Origin: an uncultured delta proteobacterium
GTDB taxonomy: Bacteria; Desulfobacterota; Binatia; UBA9968
NCBI GenBank assembly: GCA_963804165.1
Contig: CAWDPO010000003.1
Coordinates: 1-64,000 of the forward strand
DNA length: 64,000 nt
Direction: 5' to 3'
Under the pieces are notes generated by a model that saw nothing but the letters and a program-made list of their open reading frames with translations, ran no database searches and was not told the origin of the DNA. The translations under genes and the position numbers were made by a program. Below, in pieces: positions 21,569-31,482 of the stretch (position 1 is the first letter of the stretch; each line of letters opens with the position of its first letter).

Positions 21569-21823
21569 ATGAGAGCTAAAATTTTTATCTCGTTGAAAAA
21601 CGGCGTCCTCGATCCGCAAGGAAAGGCCATCGAGCGCTCGCTGCACAGCCTCGGCTTTGACGAAGTCCAAGACGTTCGGGCCGGAAAATATCTCGAGCTC
21701 GCGGTCGACGCGCCGTCGCGCGCGGCTGCGGAGGCGCGTATCCGCGAGATGTGTGATAAATTATTAACCAATACGGTCATCGAAGACTACCGCTTCGAGC
21801 TCAGCGATAGCGACGGCGACTGA
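21569..21823 (+). CDS. purS: Phosphoribosylformylglycinamidine synthase subunit PurS
   Basis: [13 protein letters not shown]...[11 protein letters not shown]. Confidence 0.96.
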   Translation: MRAKIFISLKNGVLDPQGKAIERSLHSLGFDEVQDVRAGKYLELAVDAPSRAAAEARIREMCDKLLTNTVIEDYRFELSDSDGD

Positions 21824-21854
21824 GCGATTCTCAACTCGTGAGTCAGACCTGATT

Positions 21855-22565
21855 ATGCGTTGGGGTGTCATCACTTTTCCCGGCTCGTGCGACGATCACG
21901 ACGTTTTCGATAGTCTCAAGTCCGAGCTCGGGCAGAAAGTCAAGTTTCTTTGGCATAAAGACGAGTTTGCCGGCAATTTCGATTGTGTCGTTTTGCCCGG
22001 CGGTTTTTCCTATGGCGATTACTTGCGCTGCGGTGCCATGGCGCGCTTTTCGCCGGTCATGCGCGGACTCGTGAAGTTTGCGCAAAGCGGCGGGCTGGTG
22101 CTTGGGGTTTGCAACGGCTTCCAGATTCTCTGTGAGTCGGGACTGCTGCCCGGGGCCCTGGTGCGCAACGCCGGCCTGCAGTTCGTATGTCAACAGGTTC
22201 ATTTGCGCGTCGAGGAAAGTGACACGCCGTTCACGGGCGGGTTGAAAAAGGGCCAGCTATTGCGAATGCCGGTCAAGCATGGCGAGGGCTGCTACTATGC
22301 GGATCCAAGCACGCTGGAGCGCCTGCGCAAAAACCGCCAGATCGTGCTGCGCTACGTTGACGCCAAAGGCAAACCCACGGCGACGGCGAATCCGAACGGT
22401 TCCTTGGACAATATCGCCGGCGTCTGCAATGAAGCGCGCAACGTATTCGGCCTGATGCCCCATCCCGAGGATGCGTGCAGTCCGCTCCTTGGGAGCGACG
22501 ATGGCGCCAAGATTTTCATGTCGATTGCGACTGCCTGCGCCGACAAGGCGAGGCCACATGGTTGA
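21855..22565 (+). CDS. purQ: Phosphoribosylformylglycinamidine synthase subunit PurQ
   Basis: [25 protein letters not shown] and GLMPHPE. Confidence 0.97.
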   Translation: MRWGVITFPGSCDDHDVFDSLKSELGQKVKFLWHKDEFAGNFDCVVLPGGFSYGDYLRCGAMARFSPVMRGLVKFAQSGGLVLGVCNGFQILCESGLLPGALVRNAGLQFVCQQVHLRVEESDTPFTGGLKKGQLLRMPVKHGEGCYYADPSTLERLRKNRQIVLRYVDAKGKPTATANPNGSLDNIAGVCNEARNVFGLMPHPEDACSPLLGSDDGAKIFMSIATACADKARPHG

Positions 22566-24798
22566 CGCGCTCCGCCACGAAGAGCCCGTCCAGCCTGCCG
22601 TTTCACCGGAGGTCGTCGCCAGCCATGGCCTGACGAGCGACGAATATCAGAAGATCGTCAAGATTCTCGGGCGCGAGCCGAACTTTACCGAGTTGGGCGT
22701 TTTCTCGGTGATGTGGTCGGAGCACTGCAGCTACAAAAGCTCGCGCCATTATCTGAAGAATTTGCCGACCGAAGGTCCCCACGTTCTCCAAGGTCCCGGG
22801 GAAAATGCCGGCGTGGTCGACATCGGCGGCGGGCTGGCCGTGGCATTCAAAATGGAGAGCCACAATCATCCGTCGTACATCGAGCCTTATCAAGGTGCGG
22901 CCACCGGCGTCGGCGGCATTCTGCGCGACATCTTCACCATGGGAGCGCGTCCGATCGCGTCGCTCAACTCACTGCGCTTCGGTAGTGTCGACCATCCGCG
23001 TACACCCTATTTGCTTTCGGGCGTAGTCGCTGGCATCGGTGGATATGGCAATTGCATCGGTGTTCCTACGGTTGGCGGCGAATGCTTTTTCGACGCCTGC
23101 TACAATGCCAACATCCTGGTGAACGCTTTTACGATCGGCATCGTCAAAAAGAAACATATTTTCACCGGGATCGCCAAAGGCGTCGGCAACCCGGTGATCT
23201 ACGTCGGTTCAAAGACCGGGCGCGACGGCATTCACGGCGCGACCATGGCTTCGGAGTCATTTTCAGAGGAGAAGGAGCAGCGCCGGCCAACCGTGCAAGT
23301 CGGCGACCCGTTCACTGAGAAATTGTTGTTGGAAGCCTGCTTGGAGCTGATGGAGAAAGATTTCATCGTCGGTATCCAGGACATGGGCGCTGCCGGCTTG
23401 ACCAGCTCATCGGTGGAGATGGCAGGCCGCGGGGGCTGTGGCGTGGAGTTGGATCTAGCGGCCGTGCCGCTGCGTGAAAAGGGCATGACGCCTTACGAAA
23501 TTCTTCTCTCCGAGTCGCAGGAGCGTATGTTGTTGGTGGCCAAAAAAGGCGCCGAAGACGAAGTCAAAAAGATTTTCGACAAATGGGATCTCGAGGCCGT
23601 AGTGATCGGGTGGGTCACGGAGGATCAGCAGTTTCGCGCGCGATGGCAAGATAGAGAGGTGGCGCAGATACCGATCCGCGCGCTCACCAAAGACGCGCCG
23701 GCATACCAACGGCCGGCGGCGCGACCCGCCAATCATGACCAGGTACAGCAACTGGATTTGTCCACCGTGAATGAACCGAATGATCTTGCGACGGTACTCA
23801 AACAGATACTGGCATCGCCGAATATCGCGTCCAAGGAATGGATCTATCGGCAATACGATCAATTTGTCCGCACCAATACCGTCGTCGCGCCAGGCGCGGA
23901 CGCAGCCGTGATCAGAATCAAGGGAACCGCGAAAGGCTTGGCGCTGACCGTCGATGGCAACAGCCGCTACTGTTATCTCGATCCCTATGTCGGCGGCGTA
24001 CTGGCAGTCGTGGAGGCGGCGCGCAATCTTGCCTGCGTCGGCGCGCGCCCGATCGGTCTTACCGATTGCCTGAATTTCGGCAGTCCGGAAAGCCCGGAGG
24101 TGATGTGGCAATTTTCCCAAGTCATTCAAGGGATGCGTTCCGCGTGTCTTGGGCTCAATATTCCCGTTGTCAGCGGCAACGTGAGTTTCTATAATGAAAC
24201 TGACGGTGTGCCGATTCATCCGACGCCGACCATTGGTATGGTCGGCATCCTGGAAAAAATCGATCGGGTGGTGACTCCCTGGTTTAAATCCCCCGGCGAC
24301 ATCGTCGTCTTGCTCGGGCGCACGCGCGAAGAATTGGGCGGCAGCGAATATCTCAGTTGGGTGCACGGTCTAACGCGCGGCACGCCGCCGTGGATCGATC
24401 TAAAAATGGAGCAGGCGATGCAGCGTTGCTGCCTCGAGGCGATTGATCAGGGAATTCTGCGCTCCGCGCATGACGTCTCCGACGGCGGGTTAGCGGTCGC
24501 TTTGGCAGAGTGTTGTATCACCGGTCCGGAAAGGCCCTTAGGGGTGCGCGTTCAAACGCACGAAATGATTCGCGCCGACGCGTTATTGTTCAGCGAGTCG
24601 CAGTCGCGGATCGTGATTTCCCTCAAGGAGGAAAACATGAGCCGCTTGCAAGAAATCGCAGCTCGGCTCAATGTGCCTGTGCAAGTCCTCGGCGCGGTCG
24701 GCGGGACACGTTTTGTCATCCGACCGCTGATTCAAGTGCCCGTCGAGGAGCTCAAAGCGATCTGGTCGAATGGATTGGCGTCGAGACTGAGCTCGTGA
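22558..24798 (+). CDS. purL: Phosphoribosylformylglycinamidine synthase subunit PurL
   Basis: [20 protein letters not shown] and LSESQERM; ATG at 22558 overlaps the purQ stop. Confidence 0.97.
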   Translation: MVDALRHEEPVQPAVSPEVVASHGLTSDEYQKIVKILGREPNFTELGVFSVMWSEHCSYKSSRHYLKNLPTEGPHVLQGPGENAGVVDIGGGLAVAFKMESHNHPSYIEPYQGAATGVGGILRDIFTMGARPIASLNSLRFGSVDHPRTPYLLSGVVAGIGGYGNCIGVPTVGGECFFDACYNANILVNAFTIGIVKKKHIFTGIAKGVGNPVIYVGSKTGRDGIHGATMASESFSEEKEQRRPTVQVGDPFTEKLLLEACLELMEKDFIVGIQDMGAAGLTSSSVEMAGRGGCGVELDLAAVPLREKGMTPYEILLSESQERMLLVAKKGAEDEVKKIFDKWDLEAVVIGWVTEDQQFRARWQDREVAQIPIRALTKDAPAYQRPAARPANHDQVQQLDLSTVNEPNDLATVLKQILASPNIASKEWIYRQYDQFVRTNTVVAPGADAAVIRIKGTAKGLALTVDGNSRYCYLDPYVGGVLAVVEAARNLACVGARPIGLTDCLNFGSPESPEVMWQFSQVIQGMRSACLGLNIPVVSGNVSFYNETDGVPIHPTPTIGMVGILEKIDRVVTPWFKSPGDIVVLLGRTREELGGSEYLSWVHGLTRGTPPWIDLKMEQAMQRCCLEAIDQGILRSAHDVSDGGLAVALAECCITGPERPLGVRVQTHEMIRADALLFSESQSRIVISLKEENMSRLQEIAARLNVPVQVLGAVGGTRFVIRPLIQVPVEELKAIWSNGLASRLSS

Positions 24799-24850
24799 GT
24801 TCGAGAGTTCTATAGTTCACTGTTTAAAAGCGGATAGCGATAGCGCTCTG

Positions 24851-26278
24851 ATGATGTCGGATAAATTCCACGACGAATGCGCAGTGATGGGAGTGTACGG
24901 CCATCCCGAGGCGTCCAACATGGTGTACCTCGGGCTCTATGCGCTGCAGCATCGCGGTCAGGAATCTTGCGGCATCGTCTCCTCGGACGGTAAGGGCCTC
25001 ATTTCGCATCGGCAGATGGGTTTGGTCGCCGATGCGTTCAAAGAGGACGTGATCAAGCGCCTGGAAGGGAACAGCGCCATCGGCCACAACCGTTATTCCA
25101 CCACGGGCCAAAGCCACTTAAAAAATGCTCAGCCGTTCGTGGTTGAGTATTCGCAGGGTCCGATCGCGATCTCGCACAACGGCAATCTCGTCAACGGTGC
25201 GCTCCTGCGCGAAGAATTAGAGCGCTCGGGTTCGATTTTTCAGTCGACGACCGACACCGAAGTGATCATCCATCTGATCGCCACGTCCAAGGAGGCGACG
25301 CTGATCGGACGGATCGTCGAGGCTCTGAGCCGAGCCCGCGGCGCCTATTCCCTGTTATTTTTGACACTGGACAAGATGATCGCGGCACGCGATCCGTACG
25401 GCTTTCGTCCGCTGGTTCTGGGCAAGTTCCCCGAGGGAAAAAATCGCGGGGCTTACGTCTTCGCTTCGGAAACCTGCGCGCTCGACTTGATCGAGGCAGA
25501 ATTCGTTCGTGACGTCGAACCGGGTGAGATCATTACGATCGGCCCGGATGGGCTGGAATCACTGAAACCTTTTTTGCCGGTGCCGCACGCCAAGTGCATT
25601 TTCGAATATATCTATTTCGCCCGCCCCGACAGCAATCTCTTCGGACACAACGTTTATCGAGTCCGCAAGGCGCTGGGCCGGCAGTTGGCGCGCGAGAGCG
25701 GCGTGCCCGCGGACCTCGTCACACCCGTGCCGGATTCCGGTGTGCCGGCGGCCATCGGCTACGCCGAGGAATCGAAGATTCCGTTGGAGTTTGGCCTGAT
25801 TCGCAATCACTACGTCGGGCGTACTTTCATCGAGCCGCAGCAGACGATTCGCAATTTCGGCGTCAAGATCAAGCTCAACGCCCAGCGCGATGTTTTGAAC
25901 GGCAAGCGCGTGGTGGTCGTTGACGATTCGATCGTGCGCGGTACCACCAGTCGCAAGATCATTCGCATGCTGCGTGACGCCGGCGCCAAAGAAGTGCATA
26001 TGCGGATCAGCTCGCCTGCGACGATCGGGCCTTGCTACTACGGGATCGATACGCCGACGCGTTCCGAGCTGATCGCGTCTTCCAACTCGGTCGAAGAGAT
26101 CCGCCGCTACATCGAAGCTGACACGCTTGCTTATTTAAGCCGGGACGGCATGTACGCCTATTTCGATGGGCAAAGAAAAGGATTCTGCGACGCCTGCTTC
26201 AGCGGCGACTATCCGGTTCATTTCGAAGACGAAGGCCATACGCGACAACTGCATCTCTTCGACGCCGTGACGCGCTGA
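24851..26278 (+). CDS. purF: Amidophosphoribosyltransferase
   Basis: Propeptide + EC start, LQHRGQES, VDDSIVRGTT PRPP motif and Fe-S Cys motifs CYYGID and FCDAC. Confidence 0.97.
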   Translation: MMSDKFHDECAVMGVYGHPEASNMVYLGLYALQHRGQESCGIVSSDGKGLISHRQMGLVADAFKEDVIKRLEGNSAIGHNRYSTTGQSHLKNAQPFVVEYSQGPIAISHNGNLVNGALLREELERSGSIFQSTTDTEVIIHLIATSKEATLIGRIVEALSRARGAYSLLFLTLDKMIAARDPYGFRPLVLGKFPEGKNRGAYVFASETCALDLIEAEFVRDVEPGEIITIGPDGLESLKPFLPVPHAKCIFEYIYFARPDSNLFGHNVYRVRKALGRQLARESGVPADLVTPVPDSGVPAAIGYAEESKIPLEFGLIRNHYVGRTFIEPQQTIRNFGVKIKLNAQRDVLNGKRVVVVDDSIVRGTTSRKIIRMLRDAGAKEVHMRISSPATIGPCYYGIDTPTRSELIASSNSVEEIRRYIEADTLAYLSRDGMYAYFDGQRKGFCDACFSGDYPVHFEDEGHTRQLHLFDAVTR

Positions 26279-26567
26279 AATTTTCACCGGACAGAGAAGC
26301 GGCGTGGCGCCGATATCAAATTTGCTGAGACCGGCAACCGGCGCTTTGAATCGATCGGTCTGATCGCGGGCCGATTTTGTGATGCAGATGTTTTTCGCCG
26401 CCTCGATGCCGTGAATCATCTTCGGTACTGGCCAGCACGACGGTGTTGGGGGCGGTTTTATTTGGCGGTGCTCCACCTATCTCCCGCTAAATTTATTTGA
26501 CGGTATTGCATCGGGTCTGCTAGAAGCGGCGGGAACTCATTTTTCATTGCACGTGAGACTCCAAAAC

Positions 26568-28031
26568 ATGCGCGAATCTGACGCTCTCGAATGCGCGGCG
26601 AATGGCGAACGGCGATCGACTGAAAAAACGGTTCGCGGGCTGAAAGTGTGGATGACAGCCGCGCGATTCGTGCGCGATCCGATCCCGGTGTTGCGCTCAC
26701 TGTATGAGGAGCATGGTTCGATCGTCGCCTTTCCGAACGACGGCTTTCGGCAAAGCGATCCGCGGCTTTATGTCATGGCCTTTGGACCCCAATACAACGA
26801 ACAGATTCTCACCAATACCGACGTCTTCCGCTCGCGCGGTTTTGTCCCGCAAGGCCCGCCGGGGTCGTCCCATCAGATTGTTCGTTTCGGGCTCATCAGC
26901 ATGAACGGCGAGCAGCACCGGAGCCAGCGGGGGCTGATGATGCCCGCTTTTCACCGGCGTGCCGTCGATGGTTATCGCGATGCGATCGCAGAGCTGACCG
27001 AACAGATGGTGGGGAGCTGGAAGATCGGCGAAACGCGCGATATCTCGCGCGACATGCGCACGCTTGCGCTAGACATCGCCAGCACGGTGCTGTTTGGTTA
27101 TGAACGCCATGAGAGCAATCACCACCTGGGCGAGATGATCGAAAAATGGATGTCCACTTGTTTTTCGCGTGGAGTCTGGTTTTTCCAGTGGGATCTACCC
27201 GGCGCGCCGTACCGGCGCTTGCTTCGGGTCGCCGAGCAGTTGGAGCAAGAAATCCGCCAGATGATCGATCGGCGGAGACGAGAAGCCGCGGACGGAGACG
27301 ACGTGCTGTCGGTTCTCATCCGTTCGCGCGACGAGAGTAACCGCGCCATGTCGGAAGAGGAATTGATCGGCGAAGTGAGCGTTCTGTTTACCGCGGCTCA
27401 TGAAACCAATACCGTGGCGCTTACTTGGGCTTTGTTCCTGCTGTCTCAACATCCGAAAATACTCGCGGACCTGGTGGATGAGCTGGAAGGCGAGCTGCAC
27501 GGCGAGGCGCCGCGGGTCGACCAGTTCGATCGTTTGCCGTTGCTCGAGCGGGTGATCAAGGAAAGCTTGAGGATTCTCCCACCCGTTGCCTGGGGCACGA
27601 GAGCGGTGGATCAACCGACCCAACTCGGACCCTACTTTTTACCGAAGGGCTCGCGTGTTTTATACAGCCAATATGTCACCCATCACCTGCCGGAAATTTA
27701 CCCGAGTCCGCGTAAATTCAATCCTGATCGTTGGCAAACCCTAACGCCGCCGCCTTACGCGTACATTCCTTTCGGCGGCGGCCCCCGGCTGTGCATCGGA
27801 TACTCGTTTTCGATGACCCTGCTGCGAATCACCCTGGCTATCGTGCTTCAACGGTTTCAACTATCGCTTGCGCCGGAGGCTCGTATCGACCGTAAATACC
27901 AAGTGACGATCGCGCCGAAATACGGCATGCCGATGGTTGTCCGCCCCAAGGGCGAAGTTTTCGCTCGTGTCGTGCCGCGCGGAACTATCCATGATACCGT
28001 CGATCTGACGGACTCCGCGATTTCATCGTAA
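26568..28031 (+). CDS. Cytochrome P450
   Basis: I-helix AAHETN, KESLR, NPDRW and heme motif PFGGGPRLCIG; start codon uncertain. Confidence 0.95.
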   Translation: MRESDALECAANGERRSTEKTVRGLKVWMTAARFVRDPIPVLRSLYEEHGSIVAFPNDGFRQSDPRLYVMAFGPQYNEQILTNTDVFRSRGFVPQGPPGSSHQIVRFGLISMNGEQHRSQRGLMMPAFHRRAVDGYRDAIAELTEQMVGSWKIGETRDISRDMRTLALDIASTVLFGYERHESNHHLGEMIEKWMSTCFSRGVWFFQWDLPGAPYRRLLRVAEQLEQEIRQMIDRRRREAADGDDVLSVLIRSRDESNRAMSEEELIGEVSVLFTAAHETNTVALTWALFLLSQHPKILADLVDELEGELHGEAPRVDQFDRLPLLERVIKESLRILPPVAWGTRAVDQPTQLGPYFLPKGSRVLYSQYVTHHLPEIYPSPRKFNPDRWQTLTPPPYAYIPFGGGPRLCIGYSFSMTLLRITLAIVLQRFQLSLAPEARIDRKYQVTIAPKYGMPMVVRPKGEVFARVVPRGTIHDTVDLTDSAISS

Positions 28032-28147
28032 GTGTTCTTTGGATCGATGCTTAAATCTTCGCGCGCGCAAGGGGAGCATTCGCCGGCCCGGATCGAACGG
28101 GACTTGCTAACGTTCTGATTGCTTCCATTCGCATTTGGGGAAACGAC

Positions 28148-28949
28148 GTGAAGCAGCTGCGGGGCAAAAAAGCGCTGGTCACCGGCGCGGCGTCGGGGAT
28201 CGGCCGAGCGATCGCACTCGAGCTGGCGAGCCAGGGCACGGATCTTTACCTGATCGACGTCGACAAGCAGGGGCTCGCCGACGTCACTGCGGAAGCCAAG
28301 AGGCTGGACGTCGAAGTTGTCCAGCGGCAGTGTGATCTTCGCGTCGTGCAGCAAATCCAAGAAACGATTTCGCATGTCATGGAAATCTGGGGCGGCTGCG
28401 ATATTCTCGTCAACAACGCCGGTATTTTGCTCTATGGCGCCACCGATCAGACGACTGACGATCAGTGGGCGCAACTTACCGCGGTGAATCTTCATGCGCC
28501 GGTCTATTTCATGCGCGCGTTATTGCCGATTTTGTTGCGGCGGCGCGGAAGCGCATATTTTGAACGTCTGCAGTATTTACGGTTTGGTCCCAAAGCGCCG
28601 CTTGGCGGCGTACGAAATGACTAAATTCGCTCTGGTTGGATTGAGTCAGTCGCTCCGTTTGGAATACGGCCCGCGAGGGCTGGGGATTACCGCGCTTTGT
28701 CCGGGCTTGGTGAAAACGCGCTTGGTGACGGCGGCGCGTGAGCAGGATCGCCTTACGGGGCGACTCAACCTCGATACGAAATTGGCGGTATCCCCCGACG
28801 TGGTTGCGCGGCGCGCAGTCAAAGCCATTCGCCGAAACGAAGGACTCGTCGTCGTCTCGGCGCACGCCAGGGGGTTGTGGTTCCTGCACCGCTGTTTTCC
28901 CCGTCTGCTGGACCGTTGGCAGCATTTCAAAAGGCGCAGGGAACCGTGA
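28148..28949 (+). CDS. Short-chain dehydrogenase/reductase (frameshift near 28545)
   Basis: TGAASGIG and LVNNAG in the first frame; YEMTK and LCPG in the second frame. Confidence 0.88.
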
Positions 28950-28985
28950 GCAGCATTCTGCCGTCGTTGCAAACGCGGACCGTCG

Positions 28986-29993
28986 CTAGCGACCGCCGGC
29001 TCGTAGCTCGGCGTAGTTTTGCCCGGCGAGTTTTCGCGTGCCCGCTTCGAGCTCGTGAATCATTTCCAATACCTTCCGGCAAAGCGGCGTCGGGATCGTG
29101 AGCCTTTCACCCTCACGGACTACGTAGGCGAGCGTAAAATCGACTTCGGATTTGATACCTTTTTGAATCTGCCGGAGCGGTCCCTTGCGGTCGTCGGCCT
29201 TCCAGGATTCGGCGAATTTGTTGACCGCGGCGAGCCGTTTCTCGAACGGCAGGCTCGGATGAAAATCCGGCGGGTTGTACTCTGCAAGCGGAATCCAGCG
29301 CGCGCCGACGGCTGTGCCGACAGCAACGACTTCAGCGAAGAATTCCGTCAGATTGCGCCGGCATGCTTCATCGGCGCAGCTCGTTACAAGAGAGGCGTCG
29401 GCGAGCGAACCGTAATAGCCGAGGCAAGTGTAGGTCAACTTGCTCCACAGGACGCCGAGTATGTTGTCCGAGATCTCGGTCTCCATCACCGGATTGAGCA
29501 TCTTGTGGAGATTTTCCAACTGCGGCGTAGTTTTGCCGTGAAGATGACCGATGTATAAGTGGCCGCGAATCGCGGTCTGCACGTGACCCGGAACGACCTT
29601 ACGGCAGCCCATGCGAATCGCCATACCGACGGTTCGATCCGCACCGACCTTTTCCTGGAGCAGCGGGGGATTGATGCCATTCTGCATCGAGACGAGCAAA
29701 CCGTTGTCGGCGAGGTGGGGCAAAACCGTATTCAGAGCGTCCAGAGTGTAGTTAGATCGCACGGCGATCATGCCGATGTCGTATTTGCCCTGAATCTCGT
29801 TAGGGAAGACGACGTTGATTTTGACATTAAACGGACCGTCGGGTACTTCGACTTGCAAACCCTTTTCACGGATCGCCGCGACATGCTCTCTGTCGACGTC
29901 GACGAAGGTCATGTCATGGCCGGCGCGCGCCAGCCTGCCGCCGATAATACCGCCGATGGGGCCGGTGCCGATCACGACCATTCGATTGCTCAT
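28986..29993 (-). CDS. Ketopantoate reductase (PanE/ApbA) family oxidoreductase
   Basis: VIGTGPIGG, SMQNG, LWSKL and KSEVDF; RBS GAGGAGG before the ATG at 29993. Confidence 0.85.
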   Translation of the reverse strand: MSNRMVVIGTGPIGGIIGGRLARAGHDMTFVDVDREHVAAIREKGLQVEVPDGPFNVKINVVFPNEIQGKYDIGMIAVRSNYTLDALNTVLPHLADNGLLVSMQNGINPPLLQEKVGADRTVGMAIRMGCRKVVPGHVQTAIRGHLYIGHLHGKTTPQLENLHKMLNPVMETEISDNILGVLWSKLTYTCLGYYGSLADASLVTSCADEACRRNLTEFFAEVVAVGTAVGARWIPLAEYNPPDFHPSLPFEKRLAAVNKFAESWKADDRKGPLRQIQKGIKSEVDFTLAYVVREGERLTIPTPLCRKVLEMIHELEAGTRKLAGQNYAELRAGGR

Positions 29994-30166
29994 TCTTTGC
30001 CTCCTCATTCGCTGCGCCGGGACGGAGTTAAGATATGCAATGAAGTATGCAGCGTCAAATGCTATTAAGCCGCGACGGCTATGCGCGGCTGCTTGAAGAT
30101 GAAGGTATCCTGGAATAAGTAGATCCCAGCACGGTATCGATTCACGAAAGCTCGAAAGGACAAGAT

Positions 30167-31144
30167 ATGAAGAGAGCGACGTTCGGACTTCTGGTTTTGC
30201 TTCTCGGCGCCACTCACGTGAGCGCCGCCGATCGGATTCGGATCGGTTACAGCTCGATCAGCGGCGCCTATACACCGATCTGGGTGGCGCACGATGCCGG
30301 ATATTTCGCGAAAGAAGGCCTGCAGGACGATATCATTCTCATTCCCAGCGGGACGCAGCTGGCGCAGGTAACGGTGGCCGGTGAGATCGAAATCGGTTCA
30401 CTCAACGGCAGCTCGGCGATCGCGGCGGCGCTGCAAGGCGCCGATCTCAAGATCATCGGCAACTCGGGGAACAAAATGGTATTTTCGCTCTACGTACGGC
30501 CGGAGATCAAGAGCGTCGAAGGATTGAAGGGTAAGAAAATCGGCATCACCCGATTCGGTTCGGCGCCGGATATCTCGGTTCGCTACGCGCTGAGAAAGTA
30601 CAATATCAATCCGGACAAGGATCTGACCCTGATCCAGCTCGGTTTCATGGCGACGGTAGCGGCGGGCCTGCAGGGCGGATCGATCGAAGGCGGCGTGGTG
30701 TCGCCGCCGACACAGTTCGCCATCGACAAAGCCGGCTTTAAAGAATTGATCAGTATCACCGACATGGATTTTGCCTTTCCCAATCCGGCTTTGGTGGCGG
30801 TGGGATCGATTATTCGCGGTAAACCGGACGTGATCAACCGCTTCATTCGCGCCTACGTTCGCGGCATTCATCGCGCGCGAACGGATCGCGAGTTTACCTA
30901 CAAGTCGATGGCCAAGTACACCAAGATCCAGGATATTTCGGTGCTGCAAAAAGCTTATGATTTCTATATGAGCAAAGTTTTAGAGAAGGCGCCGTACGTG
31001 AATATGGTCGGCGTACAGAATGCGCTGGATGATCTCGCGAAAACGGTACCCGCCGCAAAAAACGCCAAACCTGAGCAATTTGTCGATCTGCGTTTTCTCG
31101 ATGGTGTGGAAAAGAGCGGTTTGATGAAAGAGTTGTATCCCTAA
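30167..31144 (+). CDS. ABC transporter substrate-binding protein (NitT/TauT/SsuA-like)
   Basis: Signal peptide, GYFAKEGL and LKGKKIGITRFGS. Confidence 0.88.
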   Translation: MKRATFGLLVLLLGATHVSAADRIRIGYSSISGAYTPIWVAHDAGYFAKEGLQDDIILIPSGTQLAQVTVAGEIEIGSLNGSSAIAAALQGADLKIIGNSGNKMVFSLYVRPEIKSVEGLKGKKIGITRFGSAPDISVRYALRKYNINPDKDLTLIQLGFMATVAAGLQGGSIEGGVVSPPTQFAIDKAGFKELISITDMDFAFPNPALVAVGSIIRGKPDVINRFIRAYVRGIHRARTDREFTYKSMAKYTKIQDISVLQKAYDFYMSKVLEKAPYVNMVGVQNALDDLAKTVPAAKNAKPEQFVDLRFLDGVEKSGLMKELYP

Positions 31145-31482
31145 TGCAAGCAGGCCGAAGGGTGAAATTGTTCCTCATCGCGGCGGATTGATCCAAGCCG
31201 CTCCCTCACATCGCGAGATCATTCGTTCCCATAAGCGTGCTGTCTCGCTTAAGACAGCCGGCTTTTGACTCCTGCCGTTGAGCGTTGTGTCCGAGGATCG
31301 TTCCGAGGCTGCTCTCGGGCGTTCACGCTGAAGAAAAATTAAGCTATATTACGCCGCATGCAAGGCGAAAAATCCTGTGTCGTTGCGTTGATCGGACGTC
31401 CGCAAGATCCACTTGCGGGGGCTCGCGTTTTACTCGCACCGGGCGACTTGCTGGTCGATGGAACGCGGTTTTTCTTGGGGAC

